Part shown: one piece after another, positions 62,001-64,000 of the stretch
Layout: every line of letters starts with the position of its first letter
Position numbering within the stretch: position 1 is the stretch's first letter
Assembly: GCF_036321535.1 (NCBI RefSeq)
Contig: NC_087447.1
Location: 39,372,001 to 39,436,000 of the forward strand
Source: Camelus dromedarius
Lineage: Eukaryota
Reading direction: 5' to 3'
Length of the DNA: 64,000 bases
Translations under genes and position numbers: made by a program
Notes under the pieces: model-generated
The model's database searches: none
Told to the model about the DNA's origin: nothing
Seen by the model: the letters and a program-made list of their open reading frames with translations, nothing else

Positions 62001-62344
62001 ACTATCACTGAGGCTGTCACTGTGACTACTTATTATTATACCTATCATTGCGTCCCTGTCTGGTTCTTTTCCCTCCTTGCTCTCAATACCTCCAACACTC
62101 CCCAGACCTGCTTCTCCCAGACTCATCCAAGACACAGTTAAATCCTCCCCTATAGACACCAGAGAACTTAGCGGGGGTCTGAATAAACTGCCCCAGTTCA
62201 AGTTGGAGTCTGCTTTCTTCTTGGAGCACATCTACTCTCATCTACTCTACCATCAAGAAAGGAGTCAGAATCAGGAAGCAGAAAGGACCTGCTGGTCACA
62301 AGGCCTGCTCAGCACCAGCCACATCATTACACTGCCTGGGGCGG

Positions 62345-62520
62345 TCCTCACAGTCATAGAAGGAGGTATCATTACTCTCACTTTACAGAAAACATAAAAT
62401 GAAATAGAGAGAGAGGTCAAGCGGCATGATTGAAGGTCACACAGAAGTAACTAGGGAGGCCAGGATTAAATGAGGGGCTGTCTGATTCCAAAGACTGGCT
62501 GGACCCTTACTTTTAATCAC
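62345..62520 (-). mobile_element. MIR SINE
   Basis: GGTATCATTACTCTCACTTTACAGA...GAGAGGTCAAG...AAGGTCACACAG. Confidence 0.7.
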
Positions 62521-63074
62521 CACAATCTCATAAAATCTTCCATCCTCGGGTGGGCAGGAGTGGCCATCCCTTTGATTAACAGCCCACAGAAGGAAAGTAA
62601 GTCATTCAGTTCCATGTGGCCTTCCAAACAGAATTGCCAAAGGAACAAAGAGTGTTTTAGATCTAAATAAACCAGACTGGCTGTGTGTGGGAACAGGGTC
62701 ACTGTTAGCATCCCACCCCTTCCTGATGTGACCTGGACACAGCGACAGTTGTGAAATGGAAGGGCTGTTAAAGGAGCCAGGCCAAGGATGTGCGTGAGCA
62801 GACACTCATCTGGGCGGCACCTCCACTACACCCAGAGCCCTGGTCCAGAGCTTACCATGGCCAGGCTGCCAAGCAGAATTCCAAGTCATAAACCCTCTTA
62901 AAGGCACAGAGCACATGCTCCACCTTGACTAATGGGAAGCACAAACCCCATCTGCTCCCTGCCTTCCCTCCTAGCGTCCAGTTCCAGGAGGAAATGCTGG
63001 CAGTTACCGTAGCCAGCACTTCTACGTGCACTTTAGACACCTCTCTCCCACCCGTGATCTCATTCCACCACATG

Positions 63075-63260
63075 TGGATATGGAGTCAAGAGTCCTCAGG
63101 TTAAACCCCAGCTTTGCCATTTTCTGGCTGTGGGCTTTGGGTAAGTTACTTCCCTCACTGCTACAGCCCTGTGAGATTTTCACTGGAGATGAGATACTTT
63201 GGCTCAGAGAGGGCACCAGTGTAAATGGCAGAAAATGGTTTTGTAGCCAAGCTGTATGAT
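63075..63260 (+). mobile_element. MIR SINE
   Basis: GGAGTCAAG...GGCTGTGGGCTTTGGGTAAGTTACTT. Confidence 0.6.
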
Positions 63261-63909
63261 TCCAAATCCAAGACTGTTTCCCAAAAAATACCTGGTCCAT
63301 AAAGAAAGGAAAATCTCAGCAAACAGAGCATCTTTGCTGCTTCTCCTACCACCATCTGAAATACAACCAACCAAACTCAACCATTGGCCAACTCATGTTA
63401 GGCAGATGGGTAAAGTTCTCTGTCCCATTCAAGCTCCATCAGTAAAACACCCCAGGATGCATGAGATCTGTAGCTCCTTTGTAGAACACCATGACATCTC
63501 CTGGGTAGCACAGACTGCCTACGGAAAGGCCTCAGCCTTGTGGGATGCAGCCTCTCTCTGCAGTGCAAATGATGACCAAGAATTCAAGATGGCGGGAGTC
63601 TGGATACTGGGGCTGATACAGTCCATGTGCTCCTGAGGAAGAGCCCAGTAGGGCACTGGCTGGCTGAGGACCATGCATAAGGCCCATAGATACTCCTTCA
63701 GTTCTTAGATACTCCTGCCTGTTTCCTATACTTGTAAAGGGATGAAGTCACTGTGACTTTTGGAGACCAGGCTACTGGCCAATACTTAGCACCACTGCAC
63801 TCCTAGGGTAGACCTTCTAACTTGTCATTCTTGGTCTCCTTTCTCTAGGAAGAGCTGGAGCCACACTTTGCATTACTTGGTGACAGAGTCCAAAGAGGAG
63901 TCGTTTACT

Positions 63910-64000
63910 ACTCATTCATTCATTCATTCAGTCACCTTGCCAGGCATTGGGGATGCCATTGTGACAAGACAGAACAAGGCCCCTGCCTTCTCAGACTTAG
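63910..64000 (-). mobile_element. L2 3' end (runs off window)
   Basis: (CATT)n followed by TGCCAGGCATTGGGGATG...ACAAGACAGA...CCCTGCC. Confidence 0.75.

Noticed and set aside
1..64000. CRISPR array, operon or prokaryotic/phage defence system
   Set aside because: No regularly spaced repeat-spacer array and no gene-dense coding DNA; the sequence is mammalian and repeat-rich.

Overview
Mammalian nuclear DNA, non-coding as far as I can see. It is probably camelid (alpaca, llama or camel): there is a short tRNA-derived SINE of the camelid type at 31168-31258, cetartiodactyl-type L1 3' ends, and no Alu, Bov-tA, PRE-1 or SINEC. I recognise no protein-coding exon, rRNA, functional tRNA or CRISPR array, and nothing prokaryotic. 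The ORF track looks like chance ORFs apart from an L1 ORF2 C-terminus (43122-43472). Much of the window is interspersed repeat: many ancient L2 and MIR copies, one L3/CR1 relic, MaLR/ERVL LTRs, a degenerate ERV-L integrase, hAT and Tc2 DNA transposons, and old and young L1 pieces, several of them nested. The unique stretches between repeats hold several transcription-factor motif clusters, as in a long intron or gene desert with enhancers. Best leads: (1) an orphan retro-insertion with a perfect 15-bp TSD at 9216-9327; (2) a GATA cluster with E-box-N9-GATA spacing at 23175-23268; (3) a perfect AGTTCA-N3-AGTTCA DR3 element at 4359-4373; (4) the ERV-L integrase fossil at 42366-42627. I found no convincing novel multi-gene system. 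Repeat names come from recalled consensus sequences, not from a database search, and repeat boundaries are approximate (about +/-30 bp).
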